Assembly (NCBI GenBank): GCA_001179505.1
Contig: CDMY01000511.1
Span: 1-64,000, forward strand
Source: Vitrella brassicaformis CCMP3155
Lineage: Eukaryota > Protista > Chromerida
DNA: 64,000 nt
Direction: 5' to 3'
Shown here: piece by piece, positions 22,518 to 34,565 of the stretch
How the letters are laid out: each line of letters starts with the position of its first letter
Position numbering within the stretch: position 1 is the first letter of the stretch
The notes under the pieces: model-generated
What the model saw: only the letters and a program-made list of their open reading frames with translations
Told to the model about the DNA's origin: nothing
Databases searched by the model: none
Translations under genes and position numbers: made by a program

Positions 22518-23329
22518 AGTCTCTTTGACTGCTCATCTCTTGTTTCCAACTTTTGCCTTTTCATCTCTCATTTCCAGTCTTTGACGATTAGACGCAGGGT
22601 CCAATGCCCTTGTCCAATTCACCTTTCTATCCCATTTACGCCAATCGATCCCGTCCATTTACAATGTCCGTTAGCAGACCGGTGTGAATTGAACTCTGGA
22701 CCTTTCGAATACACGTCAGAATCAATATGCCACTCGGCTATGGTGTCAAGTATATTGTTGAGACAGAAATCCAATACTTCGGTCAGAGGCCAGTTAAGTG
22801 ATACTACCAATCAACCAATGGGCACAAGCGATATGATTGAACTTCATTTTCACTACCAATAGTTATCCAAGGAGATAAAGTTAGATGTTGTGTTGTCAAC
22901 ATGCCTTCCGAAGCGTTCAAGCATGTGTTTTTTCTCTTTTCACTCGGTGGAACACTTGCTGATGTGATGTTGCATCCTCGCTGGCACTCTCAACACGTCA
23001 CCCTTTTATAAGACTAGTGGTCTTCCTTCTGCATCTGAGTTGGTTGGTTGGTTGGTTATTGTGTTTAACGAGACTCGTGTCTGTAACCCCGGAGGGATTC
23101 TATTGTCTCACGCACTAAACTAGCAGCATGTACATGCAAAGCATGCACACGGCCTGTCTACCCCTCCCAGTTGAGAAGGGGCCTCACGGGATCAGCGAGC
23201 TTCCCCGGGATCGATCAGCGGGCCTCACGAGCTTGCAGGCGAGCACGATGAATGTGCCTCTTCCTCGGCTGCCGAGCAGCGCCTCAACATCTGCATGCAC
23301 TCATGGCCATTCGTGGTCTGACTCGGCCC

Positions 23330-25089
23330 TCCCACTATCGTGGGCACGCCTCGAGATCACTTGCCTGGACACCGGCAGCATGAGGCTGCGCACTACGCCA
23401 ATCAGCGATCTGTCAAGCGCAAGCTCATCTGGGCATCGCTCGTCTGCGTAAGGGCTATGCATGTATAGCAGAGAATACAGCGATGTCCAAGCAACATGTA
23501 CGCAGTTTGTTGGTCTGACTGATGCTGTGCAGGTGGTGTTCATGGTAGCTGAGGTGGTTGGCGGATATCTGGCCTCCTCGATTGCACTCATGACGGATGC
23601 CACTCACATGCTGACGGATCTGGTGGCAAACTGCATCGGGTAAGGTTATGCATTCATGCATACACAAGTCTACGTACGTTTGGCTGGCTGGCCTCTCGCT
23701 CTGTCATGCAGGCTGTTCGCCATTTGGGTGGCATCGAAGCCTGGCGGACACGCCCTCTCGTTTGGCTACCACCGAGTCGAGATCCTTGGTGCACTGGTGT
23801 CTGTGTTGCTCATATGGGGACTCACGATCGGCCTCGTGTGGGAGGCAGTTCAGAAGGTTATCAAGCCAGAGCCTGTGGACGGTGCCATCATGACCATCGT
23901 AGCTATTGTTGGTCTCGTTGCCAACATCATCATGACGCAAATACTCAAGGTGGGCAGAGAGATACGTAGACATGCACACATCCGCACGTCAGCTGAGGGT
24001 GATCCATCCCTTTCGATCCTGGTGGTTTGCAGATCCACAATCACGGGATTGGCGGCCACGAGTGCGACCACCATCACCACGACTCCCATGCCGCCTCATC
24101 CGCCCATGACCAACATACCGGTCCGTGCTTCCACGATCACCAGCATGAAGCCCATCGTGGCCACGATGCGGAGGAGCCCCCCGCCCTACCCCACTATGAG
24201 TGCAGTCTGCCACCGTCAGCGTTCTCGACGGCCAATGTCAAAAGGGAGAAGGGCAGCATGAACCTGCGTGCGGCGTACATGCGTGCTCTCGGCGATTTAA
24301 TCCAGGTTTGCTTGGTTGGATAGAGCCAACAAGCGATCGACGCACAAAGAGGGTTGGCTGTTGTGTTATGTTTGTGTGGTCACACCAGAGTGTGGGTGTG
24401 ATGATCGCCGGCGTGTGCATCTGGGTGCATCCCTCCTGGTTGATTGCCGACCCCATATGCACCTTCATATTTTCGTTCTTCGTGTTGTCGACAACTCTGG
24501 CCATCCTGCGGGACGTCACCACAGTGCTCATGGAAGGCACGCCGAAGGGGGTGGATGTAGACCATCTGCAAGACGACCTCGCACTCATCCCTGGTCAGTC
24601 TGTCCGTTACGGCAACTAATTGTTTTTGTCTGCTTGCTTTGGTCTCCTGTATGTATAAGTGTTATCGTCTCTCTCGTCCGCCCGTTGTTTGCGTGTTCCG
24701 TCAGGTGTTGTTGAGTTGCATGATCTGCACGTGTAGTCCCTGTCTGTCGGGAAGCCTTCTCTGTCGGTGCACATCGTGGCCGAACAAGAGGACATCGCAC
24801 CCCGCATCCTGCGAACTGCCACCAAAATATGCCAGGTGCGGTGCATGCACGCGCGAGAGAGATACCCATGCATGACCACATGCAGCCTGGCCTGCGTCCA
24901 TCGCCTTGGCTTGCCTGCTTGTGACTGGCTGGCTGGTTCTCCTGCCTGCAGGAGCATTCTAACATATTGCACACGACCATCCAAATTGACTACGCCAAGA
25001 ATCAGCTGGACTGCAACACCATCGCCCATCGCAAGTGCAGCTCTTACGCCAAGCGAACCCGAAGGAATTCACCAGCCTCCAGGACATGA
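23330..25089 (+). pseudogene. CDF / SLC30-type zinc transporter with His-rich loop; nonsense codon in the C-terminal domain; 5' end unresolved
   Basis: [52 protein letters not shown], His-rich loop, NLRAAYMRALGD, ADPICTF, LMEGTP, HDLHV*SLS (TAG at 24734-24736), HTTIQID; GT-AG introns between blocks. Confidence 0.85.
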
Positions 25090-25255
25090 CGATGAAGAAA
25101 CGCATGCATGTATTTGGGGCGTCTTCCCGCAGCCCAGGTGCACGCCTTGCTCACAGCAAGGCTACGGCAGTACGGCATCACAACCCCCATAGGTAGAAGG
25201 TGCGGCACTTTTTTGCTTATGGTGCCGAGTCTTTTGTTGCATCCTCCATGTATGC

Positions 25256-25271
25256 NNNNNNNNNNNNNNNN
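25256..25271. other. assembly gap (16 N)
   Basis: N run. Confidence 1.
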
Positions 25272-26544
25272 GCACACGTGTGTGTGTGTGTGTACATCTC
25301 TGCGTTTTTTGCTGCTTATGTATGTTCTCATCGGATGAGTGAGCGTGCCCTTTGTGCATAGGCATATGTGGATAGATTCATGGAGGCGATTTGGACAAGC
25401 GAGTGCATGGATGCCATCTGTCAATTATCTCTTCCCATGTATGTACGTATCTTAACTCTGACATATTTTACAGGAGTCAGACAATCGGACAGGAACTTGC
25501 AGCCGAGTTTTCCTGGTTTTCACCTCTTTGAAGGGACAGGCAATCTGCTGTGCTATGTAGGTCCGAACGATGTGTCTTGTCCGTGCTTTTGGTCATGGAC
25601 CCCTCTCTTCCTCCCCTGCTCATTTTTGTCCCATCACCGTGCTTGCTTGGCTCTTACTCATTCGTATCCCACCAACCCGCCCCTTGCTCGGACGATCTGA
25701 TAGACGATGGCCAACTGAATGAATGAAACACATACATATATACGTCTACGTACTGACCACAGGGTGAATCCATATTCACTTCTCGTCAAAATACTCCCTC
25801 TCTCTGGGGTTTCTGGGTTTGCAACCCTACAACCCCAAAAAAACCATACAAGGGATTTTCAATGCGAGCGAAGCATACAAGGGTAAAAATACTACTTGTA
25901 TCCATCTCCGCTTCTCTCGCCGGCTCCATTTGCGAGCTTAGCGCAGCCGTAAATCTCCGGAGACACACTCTGTCTTGGCGCAAGAGCCCTCGCACCGCGC
26001 GACGTAGGCCAGTGTTGCATGATGCATACGCACATGTGTTGTGTGTGGGTCAGCGGCGGATGTACCTGCCGGTAGGCAGACAAGGAGTCTGTCTGTCTGT
26101 CTGTCTGCGCATTGCTTTGTTGTCATGTTTGTTTCTGTGCTCGCCCTTGCGTGTATGTGCAGATGCTGCGGATGGCGACTGAGGAGGCATGGAGGCACAC
26201 TCATGACCATGACAGCCTGCCTGCCTGCGTGTTCAAGACCTACATCATGATGTGTGTGCAATGCACTGCAATGATGTGCGCATATGTCCCTTTCCATCCT
26301 GTGTGTGGTGTGTGCTTTCACCTGACGCGATATGATCGATACGGACCGTCACTCGCTCTCAATTTTGGATGTATGGCATCATTGGCATGGCATCGATGAT
26401 TTGGCAACGACACACATCACACACTGATGGATGATATATCTGGAGGACGAGTCAGCCATTTCACGCCCTATCGGCTGTACACACACATGCACAGCAATCC
26501 ACCGGACCTTCACCATGCACGTGGACAGCAACAGCATGCAAGCG

Positions 26545-28048
26545 TTACCCCTCCGGCCGTCCCTCCAGAACCACACCATCGAATGCAGCTTCACCACCAC
26601 TGGCAGCACCAGCAGCAGCAGCAGCCGCCCCTCTCTCAGGGGACATCCCCCCATCCACTTCCTCTGCGCTGCCCTCCTTGCCCCATACTGATGGCGACAC
26701 CGACGATTGATGTCTCTCCCTGATCTCCGCCTCACGCCGTCTCTTCCTTATCGTGCTGGCCCAGTAGATGATAATCCCACCGAACACAACGAAAAACACC
26801 AGAGAAGTGGCACCCTGCGCATATCGGTGTGTCCAGAGAAAAATCAAAGCGTTAAAGAGGCTGCCATAGAAGTAATTGCCCAGAGCCACCATCGCCAGCT
26901 CGGGCAGCCGGTCCAGCTGCAGGTATGAGAGCAGCTCGACGTAGCGGCCATAGCAGAGAATCAGCCAGATGGCCGGCAGCGAGGACCGAATGGCCCTGTG
27001 CGATATGAAGATGCCCCACCCCATGTGCCAGATGACGTAGAAAGCCCCACCCACACAGGCGGGGTACCAGGGCGACCGGAGGAAGCTCCGCGGCATATCG
27101 TTTTCGATCGCTATCCCGCCCTCGCTTGTCACGAGATGCAGGTCGACCAGCTCGGCATTGGCGCTGCCGAGAGGCGGCAGCACGGGCACAAAGTTGCGTG
27201 CAGTGCATGCCTTGGATCGCTGCACCCCGAAGCCGGCCAAAATGAGTATGGCCATGGTGCTGTAGATGACTGGCAGATACATGGCGCTCCATGAGTCGTG
27301 GAGCTTCCTCTCCGTTGAGAGGAAGAAGAAGCTCAATATGGATGTCAGGAAGAGCAGCAGGAAGGCCACAACAAAGAAGGCCACTCGTCGGTGCTTGAGC
27401 TTTGGCGACCATGAGAAGTTGCTGTCCACTCCGCCGCCCTTCCAAAGAGAGAACAGCGCCAGAGGGTATATGATTGAATGAAGAGTGTGCCACAGCACGA
27501 TATAGCAGGCCCACACATAGTTGATGCCGCTCCAGTGCACACCCTTTGGCTGAACATCCACCTCCTCAGGGGGCTCCTTCGTCAGTATCGACTTGGAAAT
27601 CAGAGCCTGAACACACACACACCACACACACACACAGACCCCCGACAAGACACGTCACCATGGCATGGGGTCTATCTCGCGAGTGTCCATGTGTGCGCAC
27701 CTCATTGTATAGCCCATATGCACACCCGAACAGGGAAAGCGACCGCATGTCAAACCGCAAGAACAGAGCCCCCTCACGAATGACAGCCAAAGGCAGCCCA
27801 TAAGCAAAGAACAGGAACACCAGCACAGGCGGAAGGATGACAAGCCAGGGCGGCAGGTTCCCCGAGAAGAGCTCGCTCAGCACCGGGGAGAGGAAGAGCA
27901 CCACGGCCCAGGCCTGCCCTCTCGGCCGCTGCATGGCCACACAGCACACCTCCCAGCATGACCGGGATGTCTCGGAGTTGGTGGACGCAGAGGGGTTGTG
28001 GGGGACGGTGGCGTCATCAGGAGGGGCTGAGGTGGGCGACGAAGCCAT
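26545..28048 (-). CDS. uncharacterised multi-pass membrane protein, 2 exons (28048-27659, 27606-26545; ~483 aa)
   Basis: 52-nt GT...AG microsatellite intron joins the two long ORFs in frame; about 8-9 hydrophobic stretches. Confidence 0.75.
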
Positions 28049-28564
28049 CCAGCTGGGAATAGCCGCGGAATTGGTCAGGGGAGAGTGATGGAAGGTTCTC
28101 GTGGGGCCAGCGAAATGCGGCGAATGCAGTCCAGGAAGCCGCTTTTGTGAGTCAAAGCCGCTTCAGCGTCACACCACCGAGTGTTATTGAGGGAATGAGC
28201 ATTTTGTTCTCGAGCGATCCACCTCAGTCTGCGAGCTTGAGCTTGCAAGCAAGGTGTACCCCACCACTCAAAATGAGGCGGTTTGCACGGCCCTTGTCGG
28301 GCCTCGTTGTGGCGTCGTCTTCAAACCCTGCGTCGATCTCTGCGTCATGCCTGTCAGCGGTGACGCCGCAGCCCTGTGGTGCAGTGAGGGTAACGCGAAG
28401 GCACTTCGCCGTCACGGAGAAGCAGGTCGAAGAAGCAGAGGTACGGAACAAAACACAGCCGAGAAACAGGAGAAAGGAAGGAAGGGAAGATCTGAATGAG
28501 TCAGTGCACCGTTCTAGCTAGTTTGATTGTGTGTTGTGATGCTCGTGTCGTGTGGGTGGTGCAG

Positions 28565-30171
28565 AAGCTCAAGGAATGGTTGTTTGCTGCGCGCACGATG
28601 GACCCCTACACACTCATGAGCTGGTGAATGAGATGAGATGATCACCGACAAGCACTCGCCACCTGTTTGCCGCCTGTGTGGTGTGTGGTGTGTGTGACGG
28701 CCCTATGCATTTGTCCACTCACTCCCGTCCCGTCGGTCAGCCCGCTCAAGTATGAGGTAGATCATGCCAATGTGGCGCGTCAGCGCATCCGGATTATGGA
28801 CAAGCTCGACCCCCCGCAGATGGCGGTGGCTGGCATGTACTCCTCCACACAGATGGGCGCCGACGTCGATGGACAGGTCAGCCACCGACAGACAGACACG
28901 GAATGAAGCGATGAATCCAGCAAGGCGTCTGTTACGTTGTATTGTGTCGTGTTGTGTTGTGTTGTGTGTGGGATCTGTGCAGACGATGCTGCGAATCATT
29001 GACGAAGTGATTGACCGCATGGAGGATGCCTGTGACACCCTGTACGATCCTGCGAGGCGCGCAGCGGCACTGCTGGAGTGCAAGTACGGTGTCAAGGTCA
29101 GTCAGTCTCTCACAGCCAGCCTCTCACACACACTTACGTGTGCATTCGTCCATGGCTCCATCCATTCATCCATCCGTCCATCAGGTTGCGGGTGTGCTGC
29201 CTCCGCCCCGTCCGCACCCCGAGTCGACCACCCTCTACCGCCTGGCGCCCAGTGTAGGAAAGATCTCGGACAAGGAGCCCATCGAATGGGAAAAGCAGGT
29301 GCTGAAAGTCGAATCGCCCAAGGAAGACACGGAGGTACGAACAGGCACACAGACACCCACACATCCACCCAAGACATGCACACGCACACGCGGCAATCGA
29401 CGGTGTGTTCGGGTTGTCTGCAGTTAACGGCCGGTCCGCCGGCGACCAAGCCGTGAGCAGACGCCGCAGATAGATATACCACGATATCGACGCACTACAT
29501 TTCACTTTTTGCCTGCTCTCCTCCCCCTCTCTCGGTGTGTGTGAGGGTCAGGTATGCGTTGACGGGTAAGGGTCCTTCGGCCATGGAGGTGGTGCAGAAG
29601 ACACTCGACGCGGTGTCGCGGTTCGACGCCGACCTGGAGAGCACCGCTGGCGTGCTCAGACACCTCAAACGGTCAACCACACACACAGACGCAGACCGCC
29701 AACAGCCAGACACACACAAAGCACTCAACTCGCCTGTGTGTGTGTGTGTGTGTGTGCAGTGACTACAAGGAGAAGGCCGACGAGAGTGAACAGAAGCTCA
29801 AGGAACTCTTCAAGGCCGAGAAGGTGTGAGAGAAAGAACAGTCCCTGGATCATTGCGTGTGTGCATGGGGTGTGCTGCTTGCTTCTGTTGTGGTGGTGGT
29901 GGTCGTCAGTTGGACGAGAAGGCAGCTATCAAGGCGCTGGAGGATCTGGCCTTCTACTCGGCGGGCGTCAAGGAGATCGAGGACAGCCCACCCATGCAGA
30001 TGGTACCCCCAGAAACACACACACGTGCACACACACGACAAGACACGCCATCTATGTATCCCTCCCTCTGTGCGCCCACCCACACAGCTGAAGCGCCACG
30101 GCTTCCCCACGATCTTCGGCATGGACAAGGGGGCGTTCTACCTGACCAAACCCGGCGTCGCCCCACAATAG
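28565..30171 (+). CDS. hypothetical multi-exon protein (5' end may extend to ~28130)
   Basis: Exons splice into a continuous frame with canonical sites: KLKEWLFAARTMDPYTLMS, YEVDHANVARQRIRIMDKL, MLRIIDEVIDRMEDACD, LTAGPPATKP/YALTGKGP, LKRHGFPTIFGMDKGAFYLTKPGVAPQ*; no family recognised. Confidence 0.6.
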
Positions 30172-30197
30172 CACACCCATTCACACGGACACCCACG

Positions 30198-30590
30198 ACT
30201 CTGTTGTATGTGAGCTGCTCACCTCAGTAAGAAGTGTTTGTCGATGTGATGCGGCGGTCCAGCCAGGCAGCCAGTCAGCTGACCATGAGGGCGCTGAGGC
30301 CATTTTTTCTTTTTGTTTTTTCGCTGACCATGGCATGACCGGCTAGTTATGTGATGTGCATCTGCTGCGTCGGCCTGCTGCCGCCCCATCCACCGTCCGT
30401 GTGGATGTGGATGGATGGATGGATGGATGGATGGATGGATGGATGGCATGAACGGATTCGAGTCTCATCTATGATACGTTCCAATTGATGTGTGTTGTGA
30501 TGGACAGTCATGATAACTCGTGATCAGCTCAAAAGGATCAATCCGGATGCAATAGCGCGGCTGATGGACAACTGGCGAGAAAATGTCTGC
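30198..30590 (+). repeat. shared upstream module, copy 1 (homologous to 60961-61400; core also at 36476-36590)
   Basis: actctgttg.atgtgagctgc...cctcagtaa.aagtgtttgtcgatgtgatgcggcg and core attgatgtg...gatggacagtcatgataactc.tgatcag.tcaaaaggatcaatccg. Confidence 0.9.
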
Positions 30591-30824
30591 TGCTGCCTTG
30601 CCGATGGACGGCGAGGCCTTCATTGATCTGCCACACACACATCCCTCTCGCCATTCTCGGCAGCCGTTTCCAACCGTTGGCCTCTTGCGAGCTTGAAGTC
30701 AGGTGCGTTCCTCCTCCCTTTGAATTAGATCAATACCGTCGCATTACGGCAAAAGTGAGCCAAGCCTGAAGCACAGTAAGAAAAATGCCTGCTGCATGTG
30801 TGCTTCTGGGGCGCAGAAACAACG

Positions 30825-33800
30825 ATGAAGAGCGCGATGACGAGCAGCCCTGCCACCACCATTCGCAGCAGCAGCAGCGGCAGCAGTCAAACGATGAAGA
30901 TCAACGTCGGCGGCCGTGTCATCGACTTCCCGGTAGCTGAACTGCTTCGTTCTGAGTGGCAGGGTACGCCCATCGCAGTGCTGCTTCACTGGTTCGAGGA
31001 CTGGCTGCTGACCGATGACAACGGCATCCCGTTCGTAGACGCTGATCCAGAGTACTTTATCCGGTGAGTTGAGTGCATCACACACACACACACACACACG
31101 TGGGCAGTTAGTAGTCACTCACAGCTACCTTTCTGTCTGTTGCTGGGTGCTTCTGGCTGACAGGTTGGCTGGGCTGTTGCGTGGTGTCGAGGGGTGTGCC
31201 TTGCATCTGTGGGAGTTTCCTGAGTATCGCCTCCGTTTCCTCGCCGTCACATCGATGAGCACCGACACCCAGGCGCAGAGCAGCCCAGCACCGCCCGACC
31301 TGACCGTCAACGCACAGCCCGGTGACGAGAGCAGTGACGACTTCCGTGACTTCAAGGCCGTGATGGGTCCCTTCATCAAGACCGAATGTGGTGGGACGGG
31401 CGGGCGGGAGGTCAAGACCATGACATTCACCGACGGCAGCACCGGCACATGCGTTGTGTCCACAACCGATGCCACGCTGGAACATTTCGAGGGACTCAGA
31501 GGCCGATTTGACCGGTCAGTCAGTCAGTTAGAGGGAGGGAGGGAAGCGTCGCAATTCACTCATTGTTGTGTGTGTGTTGTGTTGTGTTGTGCCAGTGACA
31601 GGTTTTGCACGACTGTTTCGGGAGGAACGGGTGAGACTGTGGAGCAGTTCCAGAAGCAGGTCCTACACTTCCAGAAGTACGCACGTCAGACGAACGAACA
31701 AGTGCATGGACGCAAGCCACAGCACCACTCAGTACACGACATACCGGTTGCTGTCTGGGACCGTCAGTCTTTCTCTCTCTCTCTTTTATGTGCAGGGTGG
31801 TCGACTGGGCGCGGCGCATTCGGATCTCGGGTGACGGCGGGATCGAGGGCGCCGGCCCGGCATATCCACCTTCCTCTGACGACCCGAGGGGGCTGGCTGA
31901 TGCGTGTGAGATGTATGGCATCTTCGAGCAAGCCTACCGCTGCATCCTGGGCAAGAAATACAACATCCGCCACCTCTACACGTACGGAAACGAACAACAA
32001 GGGAAGGGCACACTCAGAAGCATAACACGTGTGTGTGTGTGTGTGTGTGTGCGTGTAGGAGCTGTGCTGGTAAGGAGCATGCTGTGCCGTATGCTGACCT
32101 CCTGGACCACCTGGGTGGCGGTGGTTCGTCACGAGGCCGCCTGATGGTCCTCGAGACGAACAACGCGGAGCGGCTCATCTGCCACATTGACGGTCCCCTC
32201 CCCCTCCGCACGGACAGCACATGCCCCCAGCTGACCGGCCGCAAGGTCACCCTCCACAGGATGACCATGAAGGAAGGCAACATCATCACCACCACACTGC
32301 CGCCTGAGGACGACAGACAGCACGACCACTTCGTCGTCGCCGCGGGAGTCCACGGCGGTGTCACTGGCGCCATCAAGGCCACCAACGATGAGACAGTGAA
32401 GGGCCGTGTGGCCTTGGCCGGCGGGCGGGTGTGGCTCGGGGTCGGCAAGGACGACGATATGCGCAAGTGCCGCGTGTGTCTCGACCCATCTGCGGAGGAG
32501 ACCTAGCAGCGGACGGTGCAGCTGAGGAACGGCGCAGACTCATTCAAAGGCACCGGTGCAATGGTCGGAAGGGCTCGGGGCATCGAATTCTATCACGTGA
32601 GTCGGTAGATGGGTCGGTTCGAGCAGGCTGCGAGTTAATTGATATGTGTCTAATCGTGGGCAGGTTTGGAGTGACGAGGTAGCTGCCCCGATATTGCCCG
32701 AGTCGCAGCTGAACCACCTGGTCATTGCCGCATCCGCGGGGAAGGCCTTCGCACAGCTCCTCTACAAGTGAGGCAGGCAATCCAGACACATACACAAAGT
32801 GGATGTGCGGCAGAGCACCATCGTGTCCTTGCGTCTTGTTCCCACCTCTCGGATTAGGGGCCGTCGCGACGGCTGGTCGTACGAGACGATGATGTCCAAG
32901 GTCCCTCACCTCATCGACAAAGCCACGCCCCTCCTGCTGGTGGTCAAGCGCACCGACACAGACAAACTCGCTTGCTTACTCGGCAACCCTTTCCCGGCCC
33001 CCCCGTCCGGCTCTCGCACGGCGCTCATCGAGTGCCCCGTGACCTTCTTCTCCATCAACGATGATGAGGGCATCACGACAGTGCAGGTGCCGGTGGAAGA
33101 CTGGGTGGTGGAGGTGGCGGGGCCTGAGGGGGCAGTGGTGGACATGGTGGGGCGGCCGACGGGCAGTGTGGCCATCGCACGAGGCCGTCTCTGGCTGGGA
33201 TACACCAGTCATGGCCTCCCCGCGACGGATGAGGTGGGACTCTCTGCTGACCCTGGGGTGGTGACTGGCCCTGCCGGTGACCTTCGTCGCGTCTGTCACT
33301 TCGTGTGGCCGAGGGGGACCAGCAGGGAAGACGCCCACGGAGGCCGCGCGTCTCTCATCACCAAGTGGGAGAGTCTGGTGGGGTGTGTCGACTTCACTGC
33401 TGAGGATGTCGAAATCTACTCCATGAAGGTCCGTCCGTCCGTCCGTCCGTCAGGCACGACGGGTGTGTCTGTGTGGTGGGGGTGTCATGTGTGCAGTAAC
33501 GCCAAGATGGTCTGGTTGGGAGCAGTGCCGTCACAGAGAAAACGAGCAGCACATCCCACGGTAGACAACAAGAGCCTCCCTTCCTGCCTGCCTGCCTGCC
33601 TGCCCGCCACCCACGTGTGTTGGATTGGTGTGCGTGGCACTGCACTGCATGTAGGTGTCGTTACGTTTGACCTGCCACCCATGCCGGCGTCTCTGGCCGA
33701 CAAGACGCATCTATACCAGTAAGGAAGACAACGAGACAGAGCACTTACAGACAACGGTTAGAGGGTGGGCACATGGTCCCTGTGTGTGTGTGTGTGCAGG

Positions 33801-34143
33801 CGTATCGTCAAGGTGAAGAGAGCATTGGAGATGAAGGGCGTTCGGGTCGATGTGAGGAATGGGGAAGACGGGACATCCCCCTCTTCGTGCTACATCTATG
33901 ACGCCGAGGAGGACGAGGAGGTCCACGTGGACGAAATGATGCCGTCTTCGGTCATCTGGGACGCGTTCGGCGCCACGCCTACCGCGTCTGTGGCCCCCGG
34001 CGCATCGGTACGCATCAATCCTCTCCCTACGCCTAACCGCTCGCCCGCTCATGGCGACGAGGCGCCCGTCCCGGACGACGACATCAAGATTCTCATCACG
34101 AGGTCCGTCGCACGCGCTCAACTCAAAGACGGCAACAGTGCCA

Positions 34144-34181
<38 letters not shown>

Positions 34182-34531
34182 TGTGTGCAGGCGTATCGTC
34201 AAAGATGTAACATTGGAGATGAAGGGCATTCGAGTCGATGTGAGGGAGGGGGAAGACGGGACATCCCCCTCTTCGTGCTACATCTATGACGCCGAGGAGG
34301 ACGAGGAGGTCCACGTGGACGAAATGATGCCGTCTTCGGTCATCTGGGACGCGTTCGGCGCCACGCCTACCGCGTCTGTGGCCCCCGGCGCATCGGTACG
34401 CATCAATCCTCTCCCTACGCCTAACCGCTCGCCCGCTCATGGCGACGAGGCGCCCGTCCCGGACGACGACATCAAGATTCTCATCACGAGGTTCGTCGCA
34501 CGCGCTCAACTCAAAGACGGCAACAGTGCCA

Positions 34532-34565
<34 letters not shown>

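Noticed and set aside
25786-26400. Short ORFs between the zinc transporter and the membrane protein
   Set aside because: No motifs and no consistent splice chain; likely UTR or intergenic.
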